Positions 50,034 through 63,530 are shown, counted from the stretch's first letter. The stretch is DNA of 64,000 nt from Octopus sinensis (GCF_006345805.1 NW_021833827.1:1932-65931); one strand, 5' to 3'. The notes: generated by a model not told the origin, from the letters alone. Numbers and translations are program-made.

Positions 50034-50254
50034 CTTTACTACCCACAAGGGGCCTAAACACAGAGGGGACAAACAAGGACAGACAAAGGGATTAAGTCGA
50101 TTACATCGACCCCAGTGCGAAACTGGTACTTTATTTATCGACCCCGAAAGTATGAAAGGCAAAGTGGACCGCGGCGGAATTTGAACTCAGAACGTAACGA
50201 CAGACGAAATACCGCTAAGCATTTCGCCCGGTGCGCTATCGTTCCGCCAGCTCG
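50034..50254 (-). mobile_element. SINE family A
   Basis: Reverse complement of 60321-60552. Confidence 0.85.
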
Positions 50255-50939
50255 GGGGGGGGGGGAGAGAAAAGGGCTTCTGTTATCTTCAGAAATGTAA
50301 ACAAAGCCACGTGTGTACTTATACCGAAGGATCGCCTGGCCATGAATACAAAATATAGGTAGAAAGACAGAAAATCGCTGGAGATAAAAGGATCAGTGTT
50401 TTTTTGGTTATCTCACCCCCATTAAAAATTTGCCATTAAAAAACTGGGTCATCGCGCCACTCAAAAATTGAGTTTATGTGGTGGACAAGAGATTGGATTA
50501 AAAGGGTTAGACCCTTTTGATTCAATACTTCAACACATTGTTGACATTTGACCTCTTCAATATGCATGGTATTCCATTGATAGCGCCTGTTGTTGGTGTT
50601 TAGTCCTAGTTAATCAATCTTAATCATAGGGGGTTCCATTCATGACCAACCTGTCTTAAACATGACCTATCTGGTACAGCATTAATTGGGATATCCTTCC
50701 ATTTCCGGTAGGTAAAGTAAAGGTACCATTTCAAATTGGTTTGACAGCTATTTCTGGCAAATTGTACAGAACTTAGAGATCAAAGTGGGGTTCCATCCAT
50801 GACTGTCCAGTCTTATCTTTGGCATGGCACAATGTTCCATCGTTTTCAAAACAATTGGAGGTAATTTCAGGCTGGTCTGACTTCTATTTCTAGCAAGTTC
50901 ACTGACCTATTATTTAGTACACCACTGGGTCAAGAGTAA

Positions 50940-50978
<39 letters not shown>

Positions 50979-51300
50979 AACTGATGGTGGTGATGGCAGT
51001 GGTGGTAGTTATGGTGGTACTAGTAGTAGTGGAAGTCATTACAGTGCAGTGATGGTGATGGTAGTAGTAGTGCTGGTTGTAGTGGGGATGGTGGTGGTGG
51101 TAGTAGTAGTGGTGTCGTGGGAGTGATGTGATACTTGTAATGACTGGTGGTAGTAGTAGTAGTAGTGGTAGTGGTGGTGGTAGTAGTAGTGGTGTCGTGG
51201 GAGTGATGTGGTGGTACTTGTAATGACTGGTGGTAATGACGGTTGTAGTGGTGGTGGTGGGGATGGTGGTATGATGGTGGTGGTGGTGGTGGTAGTAGTA
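50940..51300. repeat. (GTA)n/(GTG)n trinucleotide tract with an internal duplicated ~50-bp segment
   Basis: GTGTCGTGGGAGTGATGTG..TACTTGTAATGACTGGTGGT occurs twice. Confidence 0.85.
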
Positions 51301-51549
51301 GAGGTCGCCTATGATTAATGTCTCTCTTAAGAGAGACAGAAAAGAGATAGGTGGACAACATCAGGGCCTACCACTGGCTTCCTAGGGGGTCACCCTTGAT
51401 GGTCCAGAGAGAGGTGGGGAGAGAGAGAGAGAGAGACTGTAAAAGGAGAGAGATAGAGAGAGACAAACACAGAAAGTGAGAATAAGAAATTAAGAGTGTG
51501 TGTATGTTTGTGTGATTGCATGTTCAAGTGTATGCTAGCGTATGTATGA

Positions 51550-51935
51550 GTGGAGGCGCAATGGCCCAGTGGTTAGGGCAGCGGACTCGCGGTCATAGGA
51601 TCGCAGTTTCGATTCCCAGACCGGGCGTTGTGAGTGTTTATTGAGCGAAAACACCTAAAAAGCTCCACGAGGCTCCGGCAGGGGATGGTGGTGATCCCTG
51701 CTGTACTCTTTCACCACAACTTTCTCTCACTCTTACTTCCTGTTTCTGTTGTACCTGTATTTCAAGGGGCCGGCCTTGTCACTCTCTGTGTCACGCTGAA
51801 TATCCCCGAGAACTACGTTAAGGGTGCACGTGTCTGTGGAGTGCTCAGCCACTTACACGTTAATTTCACGAGCAGGCTGTTCCGTTGATTCGGATCAACC
51901 GGAACCCTTATTGTCGTAACCAACGGAGTGCTTCC
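51550..51935 (+). mobile_element. SINE family C (tRNA-derived head)
   Basis: TGGCCCAGTGGTTAGG (A-box-like) and GTTTCGATTCCC (B-box-like), followed by a non-tRNA body shared with 17264-17652 and 56021-56232. Confidence 0.88.
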
Positions 51936-52321
51936 ACCACAGTGTATGTATGTATGTATATCTGTCTGTCTGTCTATCTGTCTATCTATCTATCTAATTT
52001 ATCTGTCATTTTTCCTCTCTCTCTTTTTCTCTTTCTATGTATATATATATGCATGCGTGTGTGTGTGTGTGGGGGGCAGAGAGGTGGTAAACAGACAGAC
52101 AGTCACAGGGAAAAGAAAGAAGATAACACTATCTCTCTCTCTCCCCCTGACTTTCTGCATGTGTGTGTGTGTGTGTATATATATCTATCTATCTACCTGT
52201 ATGTATACACGCATGCATGTACACACATACACATATCCAGAGAAATAGAAACAGACAATGACAAAAAATGAAGCCCAAAGGTGAATATATATACATATAC
52301 ATACACACGCGCATATATATA

Positions 52322-52469
52322 GGCATAGGAGTGGCTGTATGCTAAGTAGCTTGCTTACCAACCACATGGTTCCGGGTTCAGTCCCACTGCATGGCACCTT
52401 GGGCAAGTGTCTTCTACTATAGCCTCAGGCGACCGAAGCCTTGTGAAACTGAAAGAAGCCCATCATATA

Positions 52470-52536
<67 letters not shown>

Positions 52537-52748
52537 TTGTGGTGTATCAGTTTTTGTCCCCCCAACATCGCTTGACAACTGATGCTGGTGTGCTTACGTC
52601 CCCATAACTTAGCGGTTCGGCGAAAGAGACCGATAGAATAAGTGCTAGGTTTACAAAGACTAAGTCCTGGGGTCGATGTGCATGACTAAAGGCGGCGCTC
52701 CAGCATGGCCACAGTCAAATGACTGAAACAAGTAAAAGAGTAAAGAGT
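52322..52748 (+). mobile_element. SINE family B
   Basis: Head GGCATAGGAGTGGCTG, ACCTTGGGCAAGT motif, AAAAGAGT tail. Confidence 0.85.
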
Positions 52749-52992
52749 ACACATATACATACACACATATACATACACACATATATACACACACACACAT
52801 ATATATACACACATATATATATACACATATATATATATACACACATATATATACATACACATATATATATATACACACATATATATATACACACATATAT
52901 ATATACACACACATATATATATACACACATATATATATACACACATATATATATACACACATATATATATATACATACATATATATATATAC

Positions 52993-53023
<31 letters not shown>

Positions 53024-53049
53024 CATATATATATATACATATATATACA

Positions 53050-53107
<58 letters not shown>

Positions 53108-53596
53108 CATATATATACAAATATACATATACACATACATACATACATGAAGAGGAAGTTTGGCAGGAAGAGACAGAAGAGGAGATGGAGAGGCATAAAA
53201 GAAGAAAGAGAAAAATCAATGTTATTGGACACACAATAATGGTCTGGCCGATTTCACACCAGACAGACAGAATTATGGGATAGACAAAGCTTCCAGAATT
53301 ATCTCCTCTCATCACTTTTCATTAATAATTAACGAACTAACGAACTAGCAAAACTAACGAAGTGGTGTGGTGACGTCTCCAGCAACAAACCTAACGTGTT
53401 TCCTGTGTGAGGTTATGTGGATGTGTGTGTGTGTAAGCATATATATATATAAATAATGTGTATAATATATATATATATATATATAATATATTATATATAT
53501 ATAATGTATATATATAATATATATATATATATATTATTTATATATATATAAATAATGTGTATATATACATATTAATATATATATATATTATATATA

Positions 53597-53633
<37 letters not shown>

Positions 53634-53710
53634 GTATATATATGTATATATATTATATATATATCATCATCATCATCATCGTTTAACTAATGTGTATATA
53701 TATATATAAT

Positions 53711-53752
<42 letters not shown>

Positions 53753-53926
53753 TATATATATATTGCATTCGCATACATATGCACACACACATGCATTTCA
53801 ATTTAGCCACACATATATAGACACATACATCTGCATATACACCTACAAACACACATATACACATATAGAGAGAGAGGGGGGGAGAGAAACTAGAAATACG
53901 TTTCTATATATATATATAGATAGATA

Positions 53927-53980
<54 letters not shown>

Positions 53981-54350
53981 ACACCACAATTATATATATA
54001 TGTAGACATGCATATATGTATATATATATATACACATATAAATTGGAAGTCATGTATATGTATTATATATATTATATATATATATGTGTGTGTGTGTGGG
54101 TGGGTGGATATTAAATGCATATTATATATATATAATACATACACACACATACAAACATATGTATGTATATGCATCCTGATGTGTGCTATTGTATTTTGCT
54201 GTTGGCTTTTATTTTACACCCATACTAATACACAGACATACATACATATACATACACTAACATTATATATGTGTATATATATATATATATATATAGATAT
54301 ATATATATATTTATATATACATACATATATATGTGTGTGTATGTGTATAT
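52749..54350. repeat. Microsatellite field (TA, CA, TACA) with short unique spacers
   Basis: Directly visible. Confidence 0.85.
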
Positions 54351-54539
54351 ACCTGGATGTGTGGCCTCTGCATTGAGCTTTACATATACATAAACATTCA
54401 TTTAATACGTGTACGTGTATACGCACACACAAGTAAACACACGCATACATGTCCACACACCTGACAGTATTGCTGAGTGTTAACTACTACTACTACTACT
54501 ACTACTACAGCACAAATTCATTGTCGTATATAGTATTTT

Positions 54540-54678
54540 TATAGCTATTATTATTAATTATTATTATTATTATTATCATTATTATTATTATATTAATTTA
54601 TTGTTGTTGTTATTATATTATTATTATTATTATTATTATCATTATTATCCATTATTATTATTATAGTTATTATGATTA

Positions 54679-54710
<32 letters not shown>

Positions 54711-55129
54711 GTTGTTGTTATTATTATGATTATTAATTATTATATTATTATTATTATTGTTATATTATTATCATTATTATTATATTATTATTATATTATA
54801 TTATTATTATCATTATTATCATTATTATCATTATTATTATTATTATGATTATTATTATTATTATTATTATTATCATTATTATTATTATCATTATTATTAT
54901 TATTATCATTATTATTATTATTATTATTATGATTATTATTATTATCTTATTATCATTATCATTATTATTATTATGATTATTATTATTATCATTATTATTA
55001 TTATTATTATCATTATTATCATTATTATTATTATCATTATTATAATTATTATTATTATCATTATTATTATTATTATCATTATTATTATTATTATTATTAT
55101 AATTATTATTATTATTATTATAATTATTA

Positions 55130-55164
<35 letters not shown>

Positions 55165-55180
55165 GTTATTATTATTATTA
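54540..55180. repeat. (ATT)n/(ATC)n trinucleotide tract, ~640 bp
   Basis: Directly visible; source of the poly-I/N/Y ORFs. Confidence 0.95.
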
Positions 55181-55479
55181 TCCTCATCGTTATAGGTGTG
55201 GTTGTTGTTTTTCTGTCCACCTTCAAGTTCTGAGTTCAAATCCCCACTGAAGTCAACTATCTTTCAACCTTTCGGGGCCAATACAAATAAGTAATCAGAT
55301 ATATACTCAGTTTGATGTAATCGACTTAGGTCCTCCCCCAAAACTTTGCTGGCCTTGTGCCAAAATTTGAGATATTATTATCATGTCTTTTGTGCTGTTG
55401 CATGTCAGTTAATGTTATTTTATGTGAGACCTTGTGGCTAATAAAAGAATAAATTATCATTATTATTAATATATATGCA

Positions 55480-55995
55480 GCTGTGATACCAGTGCTAGTG
55501 GCACGTAAGAGAACGATCCGAACGTAGCCGTTGCCAGCACCGCCCTGACTGGCCTCGTGCCGGTGGCACGTAAAAGGCACCATCCATTCGTGGCCGTTTG
55601 CCAGCCTCGTCTGGCCCCTGTGCTGGTGGCACGTAAAAAGCACCATCCGTTCGTGGCCGTTGCCAGCCTCGCCTGGCACCCGTGCTGGTGGCACGTAAAA
55701 AGCACCATCCGTTCGTGGCCGTTTGCCAGCCTCGTCTGGCCCCCGTGCTGGTGGCACGTAAAAAGCACCATCCAATCATGGCCGTTTGCCAGCCTCGTCT
55801 GGCACCTGTGCCGGTGGCACGTAAAAAGCACCCACTACACTCATGGAGTGGTTGGCATTAGGAAGGGCATCCAGCTGTAGAAACACTGCCAGATCAGACT
55901 GGGCCTGGTGCAGCCTTCTGGCTTCCCAGACCCCAGTTGAACCGTCCAACCCATGCTAGCATGGAAAACAGACGTTAAACGATGATGATGATGGT
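55480..55995 (+). mobile_element. Repeat family D with five to six ~63-bp tandem units
   Basis: GTGGCACGTAAAA at 55563, 55626, 55688, 55751 and 55814, then the D 3' end and (GAT)n. Confidence 0.85.
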
Positions 55996-56020
55996 GTGTA
56001 TATATATATATATATATATC

Positions 56021-56232
56021 GTGGCATTCCGTCGGTTACGACGACGAGGGTTCCAGTTGATCTGATCAACGGAACAGACTGCTCATGGAATTAACATGCA
56101 AGTGGCTGAGCACTCCACAGACATATGTACCCTTAACGTAGTTCTCAGAGAGATTCAGCGTGACACGGAGTGTAGCAACGCTGGCCCCTTTGAAATACAG
56201 GTGCAACAGAAACAGGCAGAAAGAGTGAGAGA
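56021..56232 (-). mobile_element. SINE family C, 3' half
   Basis: Reverse complement of ~51730-51930. Confidence 0.78.
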
Positions 56233-56240
56233 AATACCTT

Positions 56241-56628
56241 TTTCTTTACTACCCACAAGGGGCTAAACACAGAAGGGACAAACAAGGACAGACAAACGGA
56301 TTAAGTTGATTATATTGACCCCAGTGCATAACTGGTACTTATTTAATTGACCCCGAAAGGATGAAAGGCATAGTCGACCTCGGCGGAATTTGAACTCAGA
56401 ACATAGTGGCAGACGAAATATCTATTTCTTTACTACCCACAAGGGGCTAAACACAGAGAGGACAAACAATGTCAGACAAACAGATTAAGTCGATTACATC
56501 AACCCCAGTGTGTAACTGGTACTTATTTAATCGACCCCGAAAGAATGAAAGGCAAAGTCGACCTCGGCGGAATTTGAACTCAGAACGTAACGGCAGATGA
56601 AATATGGCTACGCATTTCACCTGGCGTC
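56241..56628 (-). mobile_element. SINE family A with two 184-bp body units
   Basis: TTTCTTTACTACCCACAAGGGG at 56241 and 56425. Confidence 0.85.
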
Positions 56629-56641
56629 TTCATCACCACCC

Positions 56642-56702
<61 letters not shown>

Positions 56703-56716
56703 GACAATTCTCTATA

Positions 56717-57145
56717 GGCACAGGAGTGGCTGTGTGGTAAGTAGCCTGTCTACCAACAACATGGTTCCAGGTTCAGTCCCGCTGCGTGGCACCTTGGGCA
56801 AGTGTCTTCTGCTATAGCCTCGGGCCGACCAAAGCCTTGTGAGTGGATTTGGTAGACAGAAACTGAAAGAAGCCTGTCGTATATATGTATATATATATGT
56901 ATATGTGTGTATATGTTTGTGTGTCTGTGTTTGTCCCCCCCCCCAGCATTGCTTGACAACCGATGCTGGTGTGTTTACGTCCCTGTCACTTAGCGGTTCG
57001 GCAAAAGAGACCGATAGAATAAGTACTGGGCTTACAAAGAATAAGTCCCGGGGTCGATTTGCTCGACTAAAGGCGGTGCTCCAGCATGGCCGCAGTCAAA
57101 TGACTGAAACAAGTAAAAGAGTAAAAGAGTAAAAGAGTAAGAGTA
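56717..57145 (+). mobile_element. SINE family B, full length
   Basis: Head, CORE-like motif, internal microsatellite and (AAAAGAGT)n tail. Confidence 0.9.
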
Positions 57146-57181
57146 TACTGGAAACACAAAGCCTCAAATTTGGGGGAAGGG

Positions 57182-58180
57182 TTTAAGTCAATTACATTGA
57201 CCCTAGTACACAACTGGTACTTAATTTATCAACCGCAAAAGGATGAAAGAAATAGGTGACCTTGATGGAATTTGAACACAGAACATAAACGATGTGATAA
57301 GCGATTTGATAAGCGATGTGATAAACGATGTGATAAGCGATTTGATAAGCGATGTGATAAGCGATGTGATAAACGATGTGATAAGCGATGTGATAAGCGA
57401 TGTGATAAGCGATTTGATAAGCGATGTGATAAGCGATTTGATAAGCGATTTGATAAGCGATGTGATAAGCGATGTGATAAGCGATTTGATAAGCGATGTG
57501 ATAAGCGATGTGATAAGCGATGTGATAAGCGATTTGATAAGCGATGTGATAAGCGATGTGATAAGCGATTTGATAAGCGATGTGATAAACGATGTGATAA
57601 GCGATTTGATAAGCGATTGATAAGCGATGTGATAAACGATGTGATAAGCGATTTGATAAGCGATGTGATAAGCGGTGTGATAAGCGATTGATAAGCGATT
57701 GTGATAAGCGAGTGTGATAAGCGATGTGATAAGCAGCGAGTGATAAGCGATGTGATAAGCGATGTGATAAGCGATTGATAAGCGATGTGATAGCGATGTG
57801 ATAAGCGATGTGATAAGCGATGTGATAAGCGATGTGATAAGCGATGTGATAAGCGATGTGATAAGCGATGTGATAAGGATTGTGATAAGCGATTTGATAA
57901 GCGATGTGATAAGCGATGTGATAAGCGATGTGATAAGCGATGTGATAAGCGATGTGATAAGCGATGTGATAAGCGATGTGATAAGCGATGTGATAAGCGA
58001 TTTGATAAGCGATGTGATAAGCGATGTGATAAGCGATGTGATAAGCGATGTGATAAGCGATGTGATAAGCGATGTGATAAGCGATTTGATAAGCGATGTG
58101 ATAAGCGATGTGATAAGCGATGTGATAAGCGATGTGATAAGCGATGTGATAAGCGATGTGATAACGATTGTGCCAGCTCG
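57182..58180 (-). mobile_element. SINE family A copy split by a minisatellite
   Basis: Body and B-box complement (GGAATTTGAACACAGAAC) at 57182-57288; head complement GTGATAACGATTGTGCCAGCTCG at 58158-58180. Confidence 0.72.
57291..58164 (+). repeat. 12-bp minisatellite (GATGTGATAAGC)n, ~73 units
   Basis: Variants GATTTGATAAGC and GATGTGATAAAC; source of the ISDV/RCDK ORFs. Confidence 0.97.
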
Positions 58181-58509
58181 TTATAATAATGAGTTTATTG
58201 TATACAGTTCCCAGGTGTTCTATAACTTATCAGAATTACCTAAAATGGATGAAAAGGTGGAAGAACAACTTTAGGTCAATTAAAGAAAGACGGCAACGAA
58301 AACCAGAAGAACATTTATGGCAAACAGGATACAACACAGTATTAAAGGAAATGTAAATAGCAAAACAAGTTCTGAAGAGGAGAGGGTGTGATTTGAGGGA
58401 GACTTGGCTGCTATTTCTAGCAGCTGTAGCTACCATGTTGAGTACTCCTGCATTGGCTTATATATTGCACGGAATTTTTTTTTGCAGGATGCAATGTACA
58501 ACACAGACA

Positions 58510-58538
58510 CATGCATGTGTGTGTGTATGTGTGTGTGT

Positions 58539-58581
<43 letters not shown>

Positions 58582-58691
58582 GTGTGTATGTGTGTGTGTG
58601 TGTGTATGTGTGTGTGTATGTGTGTGTGTGTATGTGTGTGTGTGTGTGTATGTATGTGTGTGTGTATGTGTGTGTTGTGTGTGTGTGTGTA

Positions 58692-58723
<32 letters not shown>

Positions 58724-58846
58724 TGTTGTGTGTGTGTGTATGTGATTGGATCAACTGGAAAACTGTCATATCTGACAGACTGCAGCTTATATATATATAT
58801 ATATATAATGTGTGTGTGTGTATATATATATATGTATATATATATT

Positions 58847-58877
<31 letters not shown>

Positions 58878-59018
58878 TATGTGTGTGGTGTGTGTATATA
58901 TGTAAGAATACACATACACATTCATGTATATATGTACATACATACATACATATATATATATATATACACACATGCACATATATATGTGTTTGTGTACATA
59001 TATGTGAGTTTGTGTATA

Positions 59019-59051
<33 letters not shown>

Positions 59052-59198
59052 TATATATATATATATATGAGTGTATGTGGGTATACATATATAAACACAC
59101 ATATATATATACACAGATATAGACACACACATACATATATATGTATAAATATATATATATGTACTGCATGTATACATACTTGCACATATACATATGCA

Positions 59199-59247
<49 letters not shown>

Positions 59248-59271
59248 GCACATACACATATATATATGTAT

Positions 59272-59320
<49 letters not shown>
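58510..59320. repeat. (TG)n then (TA)/(CA) microsatellites
   Basis: Directly visible. Confidence 0.92.
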
Positions 59321-59750
59321 TATCTTGCTGTATGTATAGTTCATCCTGGGATAGGAACATCAATGAAGTCGATCAATACAATGAATATTTTAACAGAATT
59401 GCCCTAATTATTAATTAATAATTAATAACACCAGCCCTTCACGTGGCTAGACTTCACGTAGTTGTAGAAACATCACCATTACATGCCATATGTGTATGTA
59501 TGTGCATACAAACTTATATGTATATATGTGTATATATATATGTGTGTGTGGTGTCTGTGTGTATGCCAATGGATGTATGTCATCTCTTGTGTTAAGTATT
59601 CCAATAGTTTGATCAAACAGAACTAATCTACTCATTGAATTTTAGTGTAAGTGGTGGCTGAGTATACCATGGTGACTCAAAACCTAACATAACATAAACA
59701 CTCACACACAGTTATATATATATATATATTATATATATATATATATATAT

Positions 59751-59795
<45 letters not shown>

Positions 59796-59850
59796 CATAT
59801 ATATATATACATATATATATATAATATATATAATATATATATAATATATA

Positions 59851-60276
59851 TACTCTTTACTCTTTTACACTTTTCCTTGTTTCAGTCATTTGACTGCGAC
59901 CATGCTGGAGCACCACCTTTTAGTCGAGCAAATTGACCCCGGGACTTATTCTTTGTAAGCCCAGTACTTATTCTATCGGTCTCTTTTGCCGAACCGCTAA
60001 GTGACGGGGATGTAAACACACCAGCATCGGTTGTCAAGCAATGCTAGGGAGACAAACACAGACACACAAACACACACACGCATATATATATATATATATA
60101 TATACATATATACGACGGGCTTCTTTTCAGTTTCCGTCTACCAAATCCACTCACAAGGCATTGGTCGGCCTGGGGCTATAGCAGAAGACACTTGCCCAAG
60201 ATGCCACGCAGTGGGACTGAACCCGGAACCATGTGGTTGGTTAGCAAGCTACTTACCACACAGCCACTCCTGCGCC
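59851..60276 (-). mobile_element. SINE family B, full length
   Basis: Colinear with 56717-57145. Confidence 0.9.
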
Positions 60277-60320
60277 TATATATATATAATATATATATAT
60301 ATATATGACTTGTTTTGAAA

Positions 60321-60552
60321 GGCGGTGAGCTGGCAGAAACGTTAGCACACCGGGCAAAATGCGTAGCCGTATTTTATCTGCCGTTACGTTCTGGGTTCAA
60401 ACCCCGCCGAGGTCGACTTTGCCTTTCATCCTTTCGGGGTCGATAAATTAAGTACCAGTTACGCACTGGGGGTCGATGTAATCGACTTAATCCGTTTGTC
60501 TGTCCTTGTTTGTCCCCTCTGTGTTTAGCCCCTTGTGGGTAGTAAAGAAATA
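60321..60552 (+). mobile_element. SINE family A, full length
   Basis: GGCGGTGAGCTGGCAGAAACGTTAGC head, GGTTCAAACCCC B-box, central GTCGACTTTGCCTTTCATCCTTTCGGGGTCGAT, end GTAGTAAAGAAATA. Confidence 0.88.
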
Positions 60553-60646
60553 TATATATATATATAATATATATAATATATAGGCATGTACAGAAAAAGG
60601 CATAACAGTAATAAATAATCGTTCATTTTATTCCAGTTACATATAT

Positions 60647-60862
60647 TCTTTTACTCTTTTACTTGTTTCAGTCATTTGACTGTGGCCATGCTGGAGCACC
60701 ACCTTTTAGTCGGGCAAATCGACTAGAATAAGCCTAGAACCTATTCTATCGGACTCTTTTGCCGAACTGCTAAGTTATGGAGACGTAAACACACCAGCAT
60801 CGGTTGTCAAGCGATGTTGGTGGGGTGGACAAACACAGACACACCATCATATACACACATAC

Positions 60863-60894
<32 letters not shown>

Positions 60895-61067
60895 GTACAT
60901 ATATATATGACGGGCTTCTTTCAGTTTCCGTCTACCAAATCCACTCACAAGGCTTTGGTCGACCCGAGGCTACAGTAAAAGACACTTGTCCAAGGTGTCA
61001 CGATGTGGGACTGAACCCAGAACCATGTGGTTCGTAAGCAAGCTACTTACCACACAGCCACTCCTAC
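60647..61067 (-). mobile_element. SINE family B
   Basis: Colinear with other B copies. Confidence 0.85.
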
Positions 61068-61411
61068 GGCTACATGTTTCTGATAAGAATCGGGAACCAT
61101 AGTTACCAAGAAAATAAATGGAGTAAGTTTGTTCTCTGCTTTATTCAATTGGTGAACCATGGGGTCAATTAGTAATGGTGGTTATAGTACCAAGGGTCTA
61201 TGATTCTCCAGCCTTATGGGAAACATGTGAAAACCAGCTGGAATAAAACTAATAAATACCCATTAGCTTTGACCCTTTTTCGAGAATGCCCTGTAACAAA
61301 ACAGCAATTTTACTTGGTGACAAAACCTTAAATTTACAAGGTGGACTTATGACAGTTTGTTAAAGTACATGTCACCTGGATTCCCAAATATCACTGGACA
61401 ATTCGTTTACC

Positions 61412-61819
61412 TCTCTTTACTCTCTTTTACTTCTTTCAGTCATTTGACTGTGGCCATGCTGGAGCACCGCCTTTAATCAAGCAAATCAACTCCGGGACTT
61501 ATTCTTTTTGTAAGCCCAGTACTTATTCTATCGGTCTCTTTTGCCGAACCGCTAAGTGACAGGGACGTAAACACACCAGCATCGGTTGTCAAGCAATGCT
61601 AGGGGGACAAACACATACACACAAACACACACACGCATATATATATACACATATATACAACGGGCTTCTTTCAGTTTCCATCTACCAAATCCACTCACAA
61701 GGCTTTGGTCGGTCCGAGGTTATAGTAGAAGACACTTGCCCAAGTTGCCACGCAGTGGGACTGAACCCGGAACCATGTGGTTGGTAAACAAGCTACTTAC
61801 CACACCACCACTCCTGCGC
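61412..61819 (-). mobile_element. SINE family B
   Basis: Colinear with other B copies. Confidence 0.88.
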
Positions 61820-62137
61820 TTATTTTTCTTCGCAAAGAGCTTATGAAATATTTTGTCTGTCTTGTTCATTACATTCTCATTTGACATTTGACTATAGACA
61901 CACACATACACTCATATAAATACAAACACACACACAGACACACACATATATATATATGAGCTCACCATGTCACGCACATATGGTTGTGATGCATGTGCCT
62001 AGTGTACCCTTATCAGACGGGTAGTCATGTTGGGTATACTGGGCTTTGTATATTTTACCCCAGTGTCACTTTGATGGCCTGCACTACTCTCTCACTATAT
62101 GATAATAATAATAATAATAATAATGGTTTCAAATATT

Positions 62138-62337
62138 GCCACAAGGGCAGCAATTTGGGGGGAGGGGATGAATCAATTACATTGACCCCTTAGGGTTTCA
62201 TCAGTACTTAATTTATCAACCCCGAAAGGACGAAAGGCAAAGTCGTTGACCTCAGTGAAATTTGAACTCAGAATGTAAAGAGAGATGAAATTTTGCTTTG
62301 CAGTTTGAATGGCATGCTAACGATTCTACCAGCTGCC

Positions 62338-62338
<1 letters not shown>
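62138..62338 (-). mobile_element. Diverged SINE family A
   Basis: CCCGAAAGGACGAAAGGCAAAGTCG...TTTGAACTCAGAA...TGCTAACGATTCTACCAGCT. Confidence 0.7.
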
Positions 62339-62393
<55 letters not shown>

Positions 62394-62394
<1 letters not shown>

Positions 62395-62947
62395 GAATTT
62401 GGCAAAATGTGGAACCTGAAAACTAAAACAATACCTAGGAATGATAGCAAAAGGGGCTGATTCTTACCTAGCTCAGATACCAGGAAACCCCAAAATGGCA
62501 GAAATTCAAAACTTAGTGTTCATGGGAACTGCCCATATCCTACGTAAAATACTGTCTATGTAATCTCAAATTTTAAAACAAACTTATAATTTTCTTGTTT
62601 TCTTAAACATTCTCTAGAACAATATTTTGTGCAAAACCAAGTATATGATACCCTAAGCATAACACCAACATGAACTTCTAACGTGTTGGCTCTTGAGGTC
62701 TCTGGGGGAGACTTGGAGCCAACTTGTACAAATACAAAGCAAAAGATGATGATAATAATAATAATAATAATAATGATTTTCATATGGTTTTTTTGAGACA
62801 TTCACTAGTACAACACTAAGTACAAAACCAAATATATGGCACCCTAGGCATAACACCAACATGAACTTCCAACTTGTTGTCTCTTGAAGGTCTCTGGGTC
62901 AGACTTGGAACCAACTTGTACAAATATAAAGTAAAAGTCAAACATAG
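62394..62947 (+). mobile_element. R4/Dong-clade LINE 3' end embedded in (AAT)n, with a second 3' UTR copy
   Basis: Peptide KMWNLKTKTIP / GMIAKGADSYLAQIPGNPKMAEIQNLVFMGTAHILRKILSM* (stop 62561-62563) matches the R4/Dong ORF end. The 3' UTR is repeated at ~62795-62947, with (AAT)n on all sides. Confidence 0.75.
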
Positions 62948-62956
62948 AATAATAAT

Positions 62957-63520
62957 AATCATCATCATCGCTTAGCATCTGCTTTCCATGCTGGCATGGG
63001 TTGGACGGTGCAACTGGGGTCTGGGAAGCTAGAAGGCTGCACCAGGCTCAGTCTGATCTGGCAATGTTTCTACGGCTGGATGCCCTTCCTAACGCCAACC
63101 ACTCCATGAGTGTAGTGGGTGCTTTTAATAATAATAATAATAATAAGAAGAAGAAGAAGAAGAATAACAGTTGGTTCCAAATTTTTCTAGAAGATCAGCA
63201 ATTTCAGAGAAGGAGGTAAGAAGGAGGTCATCGTTTGCACCATAATGCCTGACTGGCACCTGTGCCAATGGCACAAAAGGCACCGTTCGACTGTGGCCGA
63301 TGCCACTGCCGCTTGACTGGCTCTCATGTTGATGGGATGTAAAAAGCACCCACTACACTCATGGAGTGATTGGTGTTAGGAAGGGCATCCAGTTGTAGAA
63401 ACACTGTCAAATCAGACTGGAGCCTGGTGCAGCCTCCCAACTTGCCAGTCGTCAGGGAAACCATCCAACCCATGCCAGCATGCAAAACGGACGTTAAACA
63501 TTCATGATGATGATGATGAT
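62957..63520. mobile_element. Two family D fragments in opposite orientation (62957-63125 minus, ~63240-63520 plus)
   Basis: GGATGCCCTTCCTAACGCCAACC and its complement. Confidence 0.72.
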
Positions 63521-63530
63521 ATATATATAT

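Noticed and set aside
51550-51625. tRNA gene (also the heads at 5735-5805 and 60321-60410)
   Set aside because: No closing acceptor stem, and each continues into a repeat body, so these are SINE heads.
57272-58274. ORFs of ISDV or RCDK repeats
   Set aside because: They result from a 12-bp unit being a multiple of three and lie inside a SINE; there is no unique domain.
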